Source: a virus (lineage: Duplodnaviria; Caudoviricetes). Taken from it: a stretch of 64,000 nt of DNA. A program made the translations under genes and the position numbers. This document shows, piece by piece, positions 19,753-29,500 of this stretch. Position 1 is the stretch's first letter. Each line of letters starts with the position of its first letter. The stretch lies in the IMG/VR virus record IMGVR_UViG_3300033463_000004, positions 198,695 through 262,694 of that record; one strand, given 5' to 3'. The notes below the pieces were generated by a model. The model saw nothing but the letters and a program-made list of their open reading frames with translations. It ran no database searches and was not told the DNA's origin.

Positions 19753-21102
19753 ATGGCTGTCAAGAAAAAACAACAAACACCTCTGGAAGAAGATCTCAAT
19801 AAGCTTGATTTTATGACAATTATTTCCGGTGGTGGATCATCCAGAGTATTCTCCAAGAATACGTTAATTGATTATTCATATTCAACAGGTATTCCGATTA
19901 TTGATTATGCTTTGGGATACGAGGTAAATGTATTTGATGGAGATACGTTCGTTAAGAAACGTACATGTTTGGGTCTTCAAGCAGGTTCATTCAATGTTGT
20001 TACAGGACGTACGCAGGCATATAAGACAACAATCTGTATCAAGATTATTGCCGAAATTGCATACAAGTATGGTGGAAACATCGTGCATTATGATGCTGAA
20101 CAGAGACTTGTATTACAACGTGCAAAGAATCTTTCGAAACTTCCCGGTGATTGGTTTACCGGAGAATATCCGAGATATTCTTTGCGTTCTGGTGCAATTG
20201 GTTTTGATACATTGCAGAATGATATTGCGGAAATTTATTCTGCGAAAATGCAGAATAAACAATATCTGTTACAAGATACCGGTGAAGTAGACGATCAGAA
20301 TAAACCCATCAAATTGATGCCACCAACTGTTGTATTCTTAGATTCACTTCAGGATGTTATTGAAAAAGAATATAATGTTGATGATAAGAAATGGGTTGAA
20401 GATTCGAAAGAGCTTCGTGGTAATATGTATGGAGCACAATCTGCAAAAACAATCCGTGGTCTGTTGACAGATATTCTACCTATGCTGAAAGAGGCAAATA
20501 TCATTCTAATCGCAATTGCACACAAGACATCCAATATGTCTCTGAATCCGTTTGCTGGTGTGAAGAAACAATTCCAGTATGGCGCAAATGATGAAAGAAT
20601 CTCCGGTGGTTCTGCAGTTGAATTTAATGCATCTTCTGTTCTGAACTTCTCTGGATTGGTATCGGAAGATTCCCGTTATCATGAAGCACAAGATGGTTTC
20701 GAAGGAAACACCGTTCTGTTTGAACCGACAAAGTGTTCGACAAATGAGTCTGGTAACGTAAAGACTGGACTTGGATTCAATATCATCATTGACAAACGAC
20801 GTGAAGGTGTTGACAATATTCGAACACTCATCGAGTATCTCAGACAAAAAGGAAGACTTAAAGGAAATAAAGCAGGTTTCCGTGTCATTGATGATAAGGG
20901 TGAACCTATCTCAGAGAAGTTTACTTGGAAAACATGTTACAATGATTTCAAGGAAGATCCAGCTTCTTATAAAACATTTATGATGGTTGCACGTGAAGAG
21001 TTGGAAAAACTCATTGCGAAAGCAGATGTAGATGTGATGGGAACAATCAAACCATTTTCAATGGATGATATCATTAATGATCTAGAAACTGTTAATGGGT
21101 AA
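19753..21102 (+). CDS. RecA/UvsX-like recombinase
   Basis: STGIPIIDYALG, Walker A-like GRTQAYKTT, YDAE, Walker B VVFLDSL, SGGSAVEFNAS. Confidence 0.85.
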   Translation: MAVKKKQQTPLEEDLNKLDFMTIISGGGSSRVFSKNTLIDYSYSTGIPIIDYALGYEVNVFDGDTFVKKRTCLGLQAGSFNVVTGRTQAYKTTICIKIIAEIAYKYGGNIVHYDAEQRLVLQRAKNLSKLPGDWFTGEYPRYSLRSGAIGFDTLQNDIAEIYSAKMQNKQYLLQDTGEVDDQNKPIKLMPPTVVFLDSLQDVIEKEYNVDDKKWVEDSKELRGNMYGAQSAKTIRGLLTDILPMLKEANIILIAIAHKTSNMSLNPFAGVKKQFQYGANDERISGGSAVEFNASSVLNFSGLVSEDSRYHEAQDGFEGNTVLFEPTKCSTNESGNVKTGLGFNIIIDKRREGVDNIRTLIEYLRQKGRLKGNKAGFRVIDDKGEPISEKFTWKTCYNDFKEDPASYKTFMMVAREELEKLIAKADVDVMGTIKPFSMDDIINDLETVNG

Positions 21103-21108
21103 TTAAAT

Positions 21109-21732
21109 ATGATATGTTACAATAATATCCCAACTATCAGATTTCAAAAGACACATGGGCAATACCCAATCGTATTTGCGATTCTAATAACAGCTGGAAC
21201 TGTTTTATTCATTTTGGGATGCATTATATTTAGCACCCCAAAAGAATATACTGTTAAAGCAAAAAGTATTCATTGGCAATATGATATTCATATTGATGAA
21301 TTAAAACAATTTCATGAATCTGGATGGTCATCACCACCTGAAGGGGCATATAATATTGAAAGTTATCGTAAATACAAAGGACAGAAAAAAGTTGGTGACA
21401 TAACAATTCCAGATTATGATGATTGGTATGAATACGATATTGACAAATGGCGTGAGACAAGAGTTGTGACAACGCAAGGATATGACAAAGAACCTTATTG
21501 GGGTGAATACACTCTCCGTAGCACAGAAAATGAACGTGGAATTGGTAATGAGCGTGCTATAAGAAAAATAACAACGTATACAGTATACGGTCAATTACTA
21601 AATTCAGATAAAACTGATTTGATTCCTCTCGAAGTTGATGAATATATCTGGAAGAATATTACGGTCAATGATGAGTTGAATTATAAGAAAAGACTCGCTG
21701 GAAAACCTTATGCAATCAGCTTAGCTGAATAA
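21109..21732 (+). CDS. membrane-anchored hypothetical protein
   Basis: N-terminal TM segment. Confidence 0.7.
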   Translation: MICYNNIPTIRFQKTHGQYPIVFAILITAGTVLFILGCIIFSTPKEYTVKAKSIHWQYDIHIDELKQFHESGWSSPPEGAYNIESYRKYKGQKKVGDITIPDYDDWYEYDIDKWRETRVVTTQGYDKEPYWGEYTLRSTENERGIGNERAIRKITTYTVYGQLLNSDKTDLIPLEVDEYIWKNITVNDELNYKKRLAGKPYAISLAE

Positions 21733-21737
21733 AAAAT

Positions 21738-21765
21738 AAATGGGCGGGGATGTCCCCGCCCATTT
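21738..21765 (+). terminator. terminator hairpin
   Basis: AAATGGGCGGGGA-TG-TCCCCGCCCATTT. Confidence 0.75.
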
Positions 21766-21778
21766 ATCATTTTTTTAT

Positions 21779-21821
21779 AAAAAAAGAGAGATGTCGATGC
21801 GACACAACATCTCTCTTTTTT
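21779..21821 (-). terminator. bidirectional terminator ending the - strand module
   Basis: AAAAAAGAGAGATGT...ACATCTCTCTTTTTT. Confidence 0.75.
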
Positions 21822-21824
21822 CAT

Positions 21825-22186
21825 TTCCAGATCTTGTGGACATGGCATCGGAACAATACCAGATAGCTGAACATATTTACTCGGACGTCCACGTTACCTT
21901 TCAATATCTATCTGATACCATGAACCTCAAGGATTCGTTTCCACCAATAATTGGAATGATCTGATGGTCAGTGCTAGCCCTAACCATTGATGGTTGCCAA
22001 CCCATCTTTCCAATTTTGATGTCTCCTCCAAACACACGCCACATGTTGGAGGCCCGCTGTTCATTTATATCCCGCATCGACAGCCGGCGGACAGTAAATA
22101 CATTGAACGAACCAAGCAATGTATCTACCGTGACGGAATTGGGGTAGCTTGATTCCAGGATAGCCAGTCCTGGAAATACAAACATC
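21825..22186 (-). ncRNA. putative structured ncRNA (~360 nt)
   Basis: no credible ORF; at least 5 hairpins between CDS stop and terminator. Confidence 0.55.
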
Positions 22187-22603
22187 TCAGAGATCAAAGA
22201 GTTGTGCCAACTCTTTGGCCTCTTGGCGCGATGTTTTATTATGGTTAAATCGGGTTATGCTTCCCTTTTTTAACCACGGCTTTAGTTTCCATGCTTTGTT
22301 CCTTGGAACATGGAAACTTATTTGTCTTCGTGTTCCATCGACTTTTATGTCGAAGAACACCAAGACACATCTGAAACCGTTTTGGTCTTTGCCCGGTTTC
22401 AGATAATAATAGATCCCGCACGGAGGAACGGAATCTATCATTTTTAATGTATCAACCAGAATGTCTTCTTTATGTCGATATCTGGTTGATACCAAATTGT
22501 CCCGATGCAGATGAACATCATAAATATTCTTACCTGCATCGGAACAGGCTTGAGCAAGACAGATTCTCCGTAAAATCTGTCTTGTCATTTTGGTTTGTGC
22601 CAT
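22187..22603 (-). CDS. basic hypothetical protein (QISFHVP motif)
   Basis: AAGGAGG RBS, 138 aa. Confidence 0.75.
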   Translation of the reverse strand: MAQTKMTRQILRRICLAQACSDAGKNIYDVHLHRDNLVSTRYRHKEDILVDTLKMIDSVPPCGIYYYLKPGKDQNGFRCVLVFFDIKVDGTRRQISFHVPRNKAWKLKPWLKKGSITRFNHNKTSRQEAKELAQLFDL

Positions 22604-22652
22604 TATGATGACACCTCCTTTATCTAATTCTAATAAGAGTATTACATCATTC

Positions 22653-23432
22653 TCATGAGTATTGTTTCAGGCGGTTATCCCATGTCTGTGCGGTCTCTAA
22701 TGCATTGGTACGCATCGTTTCCACTGCATCCCAGATATCTCCGGAAAATGCTTCGTTGCCGATGATTTGTCTCGCAAGACTCTCATCTGATGAAGCGATC
22801 GCTTCATCACACGATTTGACTACAGCGATCGCAGCAGCCTTAGCATCATATGCCAACTGCTTGAGTTCACGCAGTTTCTCACCATATTGATTGTTCATCA
22901 CATCGACTGATGTGCCGTCCTCAAGTACGCGTTTCAGGCTAAGACACTCCCAGTCAAATTTGCCATACTCTTCATCGCGGCGGGGTCCATATCCTCTGGT
23001 ACGGCCACAATTCAGTGCTGCTTTCACAGCATTGAGAGCAATGTCGGTATAACATACAAATGTTATCCGACATTTGCAACCTGCCGGAATGACTTCAGCT
23101 CTCATTGTATCATGCGATAGGTCTTCCGACTCAAATGTTACGACATCCGGTGCTTTACCGGATTCGATCGGAATCCGTCTCTCTTCAATGAAGACTTCGT
23201 CGCTGATATCGCGATAGATGCTCGTGCAGCCACGGCACTGCTTCTTTACATAGCCGATCCAGCCATAGGACTGGAGCACGGGTTGGTTGTTATTGTCTCT
23301 CATAAACTGTCTTGTGTAATCGTCAGTGGTAGGGGTTTCATTGAGTAAGTGTGCATAATCAGCCGGTGCACTCGAAGCAACCAGATCCGTTATAAACGTA
23401 ATGCAGGCTGTCAGAATATATTTTTCTTTCAT
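22653..23432 (-). CDS. divergent Cas7/RAMP-like protein with C-terminal helical extension
   Basis: motif-by-motif similarity to 51408-52133 product (ITFITDL, SYGWIGYVK, EVIPAG, G-loop GYGPRRDEEYGKF). Confidence 0.7.
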   Translation of the reverse strand: MKEKYILTACITFITDLVASSAPADYAHLLNETPTTDDYTRQFMRDNNNQPVLQSYGWIGYVKKQCRGCTSIYRDISDEVFIEERRIPIESGKAPDVVTFESEDLSHDTMRAEVIPAGCKCRITFVCYTDIALNAVKAALNCGRTRGYGPRRDEEYGKFDWECLSLKRVLEDGTSVDVMNNQYGEKLRELKQLAYDAKAAAIAVVKSCDEAIASSDESLARQIIGNEAFSGDIWDAVETMRTNALETAQTWDNRLKQYS

Positions 23433-23541
23433 GGGTTTCCTCACTTTCTCCCGCTGTGCGGGTTGCGACGGCGTTAAGCTTTTACGCCGTCTATTATTTA
23501 TTTTCTTTGAATATTAGATAATACTATCTTCTATTCATAAT

Positions 23542-23560
23542 AATAATATATATATGAAAA
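23542..23560 (-). promoter_or_regulatory. putative phage promoter motif
   Basis: TTTTCATATATATATTATT on - strand. Confidence 0.6.
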
Positions 23561-23574
23561 TTGTGATTCTAAAA

Positions 23575-23596
23575 ATGGGGCGCATATGCGCCCCAT
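23575..23596. terminator. perfect 22-bp palindrome/terminator
   Basis: ATGGGGCGCATATGCGCCCCAT; identical copy at 39708-39729. Confidence 0.7.
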
Positions 23597-23604
23597 ATCT
23601 ATCA

Positions 23605-24228
23605 TTATTTGTCGTTTTCCATGAGACTACCTTCAAATTCATTTGTTAATGAAATTATTGTGTCCAGCCATTCAATAAACATCGCAGCATTTTCTGAAGA
23701 CAATAATTCATTAAAAAGTGCTTTGGCGTCATCAGCGGTAAATTTAATACGATATAATTCACCACTCGGAATATCAGAATATCGTTTCGCCATAAAATCT
23801 TCTGTATACTGATTAAATGTGTCTGGATCAAATGTTATTTTTTTACAGGTTTGACCATTATTCATGCCCAACGAAATATCGATATACAGCTGAACAATAT
23901 CATCATTCAATTTCGGAGAATCCATGAAATTGAATGTATAATCGATTTGCACTGTCATATCATAAAGAACACCGTTATCAGATACCCAACAATCTGCAAA
24001 AGTATCAAAGAGTTGACAACCTTCTTTCAATGTTACAGTCATTGCATCATTTGTATAGATCGGAACATCAACAATCTGAGTTTGTTCATCATAATATTCA
24101 AACTCAGTATTAGATATCAATTTCTTTGTTGCTACATCAAATTTGTCAATCGTTTCATGAATCTTTTCTTTGAGTGCCTGCATTTGTTTGATGCCTTTGT
24201 CAAAATTGTTTGACCATATTTCATTCAT
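23605..24228 (-). CDS. hypothetical protein
   Basis: 207-aa ORF, AAGGAG RBS. Confidence 0.7.
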   Translation of the reverse strand: MNEIWSNNFDKGIKQMQALKEKIHETIDKFDVATKKLISNTEFEYYDEQTQIVDVPIYTNDAMTVTLKEGCQLFDTFADCWVSDNGVLYDMTVQIDYTFNFMDSPKLNDDIVQLYIDISLGMNNGQTCKKITFDPDTFNQYTEDFMAKRYSDIPSGELYRIKFTADDAKALFNELLSSENAAMFIEWLDTIISLTNEFEGSLMENDK

Positions 24229-24281
24229 AATAAAAAACTCCTTTCAAAATGGGTGGGACACATGTCCCACCCTTATATACA

Positions 24282-26165
24282 TTAAAACGGTTTTACTAAA
24301 TGCCATCTGGCTTCCGATAAATCATATATCGGAATATTCTTTGCTTTTGCTTTACGAGTTTTCTCGGATTCAAAATCATGATTTGGTACAATGACACAAA
24401 TACAATCATTTGACCATCCCCCAACTTCATATCCAGAAGATTCCAAATCTTGAATCAAATCAGCATCACGTGTACCTGTCATACATACTTTACCGGATTT
24501 TCCGTATGTATAGTCAACTTGTTTTAAATCTTTAGCAAGTTCCATGATGTTTGTTAATTCGTCTTTATACCGAAGATATCCATCAATAATCTTTTGTATT
24601 TTTAATTTTCCTACATTCGGAATGTATCCTACAGACATGATTAATTCAGGGAAAGATCCATCTTCCATACTTTTTACAAGATCATGATCGTTGATAACCG
24701 TTAGGATTTGTTTCCATGTTTTCTCATCCGTATCATTAAATGGTAACGCTCCGAGGAATCTTGGTAATGTCGCTTCATGTAAAGCTTTATCAACTGACTT
24801 TACCATATTATCGAATGACGTATATCCAAACCCAGGTGTTTGTGCAATACAATCATCCCACTTTCGCAAATCATATAGATCAGCAATACATGATACAAAT
24901 TCATTGTCATATAGCTTTGTGATAACACCTTCACCCAACCCAACCATTTTCATCTTTTCAGCATGACGAATGATTGCACCAAGTTTCAGACCACGACAAT
25001 TTGGATTTGAACATTTTACCAATCGATATGAAAGATAATCCAATGGTGCATTACAAATTGGACACTTATCTGGAATTTGAATTGGAATATCACCATCATG
25101 ATACGATTCAAGGAAATATGGCACGATGTTGTATGCAATTCGTACAGTATCATTGTGTTTTAATTGCATATCAACAACGCGTTGTAATGTTGATAATGTC
25201 ACATGATCAACATTCACATTTCCAAATTTTGCAGGTGGATCCAATATTGCAACAGGTGTGATTCTACCTTGTTTACCGAATTGATATTCGATTCGGTTTA
25301 ATTTTGTTTCTTTCACATTTGATATGATCTTAATTGCACATTCATATCTTGGATCAATAACTGGGATACCATTCTCACAAACAGGTGAACACGATACAAC
25401 AACGCCGTCAATTGCAAATGTAAATCCTTCAATTTTAATTGTTGCACCATCCGCAAGAATATTTTTTGCAAATGATTCAATCAAATTAAAATCTGTGACG
25501 TAACAATCAACCATCGATACGGATGCCGTTAATTTTGGGATATACTGATATGGCACCATAGTGGATGAGTATCCTCTTAAAGGAATCAATGTGATGTATT
25601 TTGCAAAATATGTAAGATTATATGGCGGAGTCAATATGGCAGAAACCATATCACGTGCACGTTTATAATCTTTCTGCATTTCCTTTTTTGCTTTGATGAA
25701 ATTCTCTTCTGAAATGATTGCTTCGAATTTCATTGCGGTCGTTCCATCCATCGCGTATTTTTCAACAATTGGAAGGTGTCGTTCAAATAATGCCGTTACA
25801 TCAAGAGATTCACCATCTTCATAATCTCCACGTGTATAGAATCTTCCGGTTGTAAAATCAACCGCAACAGAACAACCGTCGAATTTTGGTTGTAAACACA
25901 TTTTAAAATCCCATTGCTTTTTCTGAATGAAATCTTTAAAATATATTTGATTTGAATGCATTGGTGCCAAATAACATTTCGTCAATGTTCCAACAATGTC
26001 ATTGACTGCATTCGATTGTTTTTGTCTTGTATATGGTCTTGCAGATTCACCATGTTCCGCAACATATTGCTCTAAAAGCATATCATATTCTTCGTCGCTG
26101 ATTAATGGATTTCCTGATTCATATGCTTTGAGATATTTATCAATCTCTTCTTTTGTGACTGACAT
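24282..26165 (-). CDS. ligA: NAD-dependent DNA ligase
   Basis: Y..G.P.ISDEEYD, KFDG, IDGVV, GKQGRITPVA, Zn finger CPIC..C..C, HhH and BRCT-like tail. Confidence 0.95.
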   Translation of the reverse strand: MSVTKEEIDKYLKAYESGNPLISDEEYDMLLEQYVAEHGESARPYTRQKQSNAVNDIVGTLTKCYLAPMHSNQIYFKDFIQKKQWDFKMCLQPKFDGCSVAVDFTTGRFYTRGDYEDGESLDVTALFERHLPIVEKYAMDGTTAMKFEAIISEENFIKAKKEMQKDYKRARDMVSAILTPPYNLTYFAKYITLIPLRGYSSTMVPYQYIPKLTASVSMVDCYVTDFNLIESFAKNILADGATIKIEGFTFAIDGVVVSCSPVCENGIPVIDPRYECAIKIISNVKETKLNRIEYQFGKQGRITPVAILDPPAKFGNVNVDHVTLSTLQRVVDMQLKHNDTVRIAYNIVPYFLESYHDGDIPIQIPDKCPICNAPLDYLSYRLVKCSNPNCRGLKLGAIIRHAEKMKMVGLGEGVITKLYDNEFVSCIADLYDLRKWDDCIAQTPGFGYTSFDNMVKSVDKALHEATLPRFLGALPFNDTDEKTWKQILTVINDHDLVKSMEDGSFPELIMSVGYIPNVGKLKIQKIIDGYLRYKDELTNIMELAKDLKQVDYTYGKSGKVCMTGTRDADLIQDLESSGYEVGGWSNDCICVIVPNHDFESEKTRKAKAKNIPIYDLSEARWHLVKPF

Positions 26166-26231
26166 TTATCATTCCTCCTTGAAATAAAAAAGTTATGAGA
26201 AAGTGGGGGCTTTCGCCCCCACTTATATTTC

Positions 26232-26501
26232 TCATAAACCGAACGATCTTGGTCCGATGATTTCATATGGTTTTGGTTCTGATATGTTATTTGTACACAT
26301 CATTGACCATGGTGACATTGGATTCACAACAGCATCCTCTTCTTCACTTTGGAAATTTACCGGAAAAGGTTTACCAGTTCCAACAGGAAGTTTTCCTTCC
26401 ATCATATCATTTAATACAGAAGCAAAATCTGATGTTCCTTTGTATACATGATATGGAGTCATTTCATGATGCTGTGCATTTGAATTAATCTGAATATTCA
26501 T
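26232..26501 (-). CDS. hypothetical protein
   Basis: AAGGAGG RBS. Confidence 0.6.
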   Translation of the reverse strand: MNIQINSNAQHHEMTPYHVYKGTSDFASVLNDMMEGKLPVGTGKPFPVNFQSEEEDAVVNPMSPWSMMCTNNISEPKPYEIIGPRSFGL

Positions 26502-26551
26502 ACAAGCATCCTCCTTTCATATTAAATATATATGTCTGAAGGATTTAAAAA

Positions 26552-29500
26552 TTATGAGAATCTACTTGGCGTTGATTCAGGTGTACGTGCACGATTCTCA
26601 TATGCTGCATTTCTTGCAGCTTGTTGTGGATTCTGTGTCATTGATACTTGTTCACGTTCTTCTGTTGCTTTGATCATTGCAGCCTGATCAAGCTTGATAA
26701 TTTGATTGATATCATGCTGCATTGCAGAGATCCATGCTTTACATGTTTTAACAACAGATTCCAGAACATCAACTGCAGAATCATACTTCTTGCGATTTGT
26801 ATGATAAACAGAATTCTGAACTTGAACAAGTTTATCTGTTTCAAGAATAAACTGTTCGGTGTATTGCATAAACTTCGACCATCTATCACATTTGATTCTC
26901 AATGTATTCAAAGTGTTCAATGTTTTACCATCATCACCATAGAATTCATTGAATCCAAATAATGCAGATGCGATGCGTTGTTGTTGTTCTTCGCCTTTCG
27001 GAATAATGAATGGTGTTTTGACAAGTTGCACACCAGTTAGCAATTCACCACCACGAACCATGTTATTCTTGATATTCAATTTTGGATCTCTTGGGAACAT
27101 ATCGCGTGATGGCATATTGAATTGCATGCCAAGCTGTTGTGCACAGGCCTGTACAGTATCAATTGCCAGACCAAGCAACGAATCCAAATGTGAATCAATA
27201 TAAGAATATTGCGGGAAATTCAGATTGATGAAATAGAATGATGCTTTCTCATCAAAGATTGCAGGCAATCCATTTTGTTTGATAAATCTTCTGATTTCAC
27301 GTGTGTGGTTGGATAAACGTTTACAGAATTCAACAAATTTACGAAGCATTGTCATCAATGTTCTGATGATAAATCTGATTGCAGTACTGAGAAGTTTAAT
27401 TGGTCCATATTTGTTTGATTTTGACAATGGATGTTTTTCAGAATCTGCTGCTTGTGCATCATAAACCGCCTCTTGAATCAAACAAGATTCAACAAATACA
27501 TCAAGTGCATGGTCAACATCCGATACTGATGCGTTACCGGATTCAAGAATCATTTGTGTGGAGTCATACAATGCGCTGAACATCATAATGGTTGATTCCA
27601 TTGTTTCAATATCCTGTTGAATATCGGCAATTTCTTCACCATCATCTTCGATAGATATTGAACCACGGATATGGCATTTATCAACTGCAGTTTGCATTGC
27701 CGTTTCTTCATCCATACCCATTTTCAGAAGTTCTTCATATTCTGATTTAACTTCTGGATCCTTTGGTTCATATTTCTCACCGGTAAGTTCACACTTTGCG
27801 AACAACAGCTGCTCCATGTGGAATCTTTCCTCATTTGCAATATCTGCATACAAACGACGCAAAACATCAACATTGGTTTCTTTTGCACCATCCATATATT
27901 CATTCATTGCATCTGCTTCAGAAGCCATTAACTTCATAAGAATCGTGACTTCTTTTGGATCAAAATCATTCTGAATATCTGACGTATCTTTTCCAAATGA
28001 ACCCAAATCAACGTTATCTGCATCCAACTTTTCATCTGGTTGCTCATACGCTTCAATGTCTTCATCAGACATACGATCTTTCAGATATTCTGGAATCTCT
28101 TCCATGTTTTCTGATAAATCATCCTTTTTGAATCTGTCGAAATGTCCGGATGGGAAAACATTGATATCTTCTTTATCATCCTCATAACCATTTTCATCTT
28201 CAACGAATCCATCATCTTCAATATCATCGATTGTTTCATCTTCGATTGAAATGGTTTCATCTTTTTCAGATGATTTGTTATCAGTGTCTTCATCGTCTTC
28301 TTCAAGATTCAGATCACCGATTGTGATGTCTTCCATATCGTCAGAAAGCATTTCTTCTTTCTTTGCTTCGGTAAATACATTTCCGAAACGATCCATTCGA
28401 TATCCCTCCTTCGTGAGATTTGATTTCTTAGCTTCACCGTCATAGATCATTTTGCATTTTGTCATGATCCAATCCTGGAAGTTTTTAATTGGTGTACCGT
28501 AATCGATCTCGGCATTGGTATAATCCCATACACCATAATTGAGATCCTGATTATCATATTCCGCTGATACTTCGGCAACATACTCAAAGATGTCAGTCAG
28601 TTTATCAAATACCTTTTTGCGTTCATATCCCCATTCATCCACAACACGTTTGAATGCTTGTTCGATGTAAACAAACTTTCCATCAAGCGGCACAACACAA
28701 ATTGTATGGGTGTTAAGTGTCTTCGTGTTCTTTGTATCAGTGAAATTCATGAAGTATTTTTTGTATGCTACACCAAAGGCATCGAGGTATCCAGCTTCAT
28801 ACTCGACCATGTCATAGCAGTTACCACCGCCAGCCTGGTCGACAGTCTCACCGGAATGAAATACCCAATACTTATCGTAATCTGCATCAGATACATTCCC
28901 AGTCATGAGCCTTCCATCTTTGATCAAACCATATTTGAATTTCTTGACATCGATACAAAGATCATCGATTACACGTTCCGGTGAGTAATCAAACTTGGTT
29001 GCTTTCTTCAAAACTTTTGGTTTGACAACCCAATGCCATTTGTACGTGAAATAATTCCGTGTATCCTTTTGACCCTTGGATGTAGGAACAACAGCCTTTC
29101 GTTTTGCATCCGCAATCTGATCAACACGGATAACACCATACAGTTTCATCCGAACAGGTTCCATGATCCAAACTTCCCGTGTGACATTCGCATCATACAC
29201 GAGTTTATCTTTCACGAGTTGTTTGTTGGTCTTGTGTTTGTATTCCTTCCAAGGTTTCTCTGGAATGTACACATACATTTTGTCGAATGTATCCGGTGAC
29301 TGTCTTTGAAGATTCACAGTAATACCATTCAACGCACCTTCGATTGATGTTGAGAAACAGATGCGTGGAGTTGTGTTATCCTCGAATCCAGTATCTTCCG
29401 GGTTGTATGGATCAAGATAATCAGGAACACGCGGTTGCCATACTTGTCCATCGATATGTTTATCCATAGACACATGAAATACCAGATCATCTGAATACGG

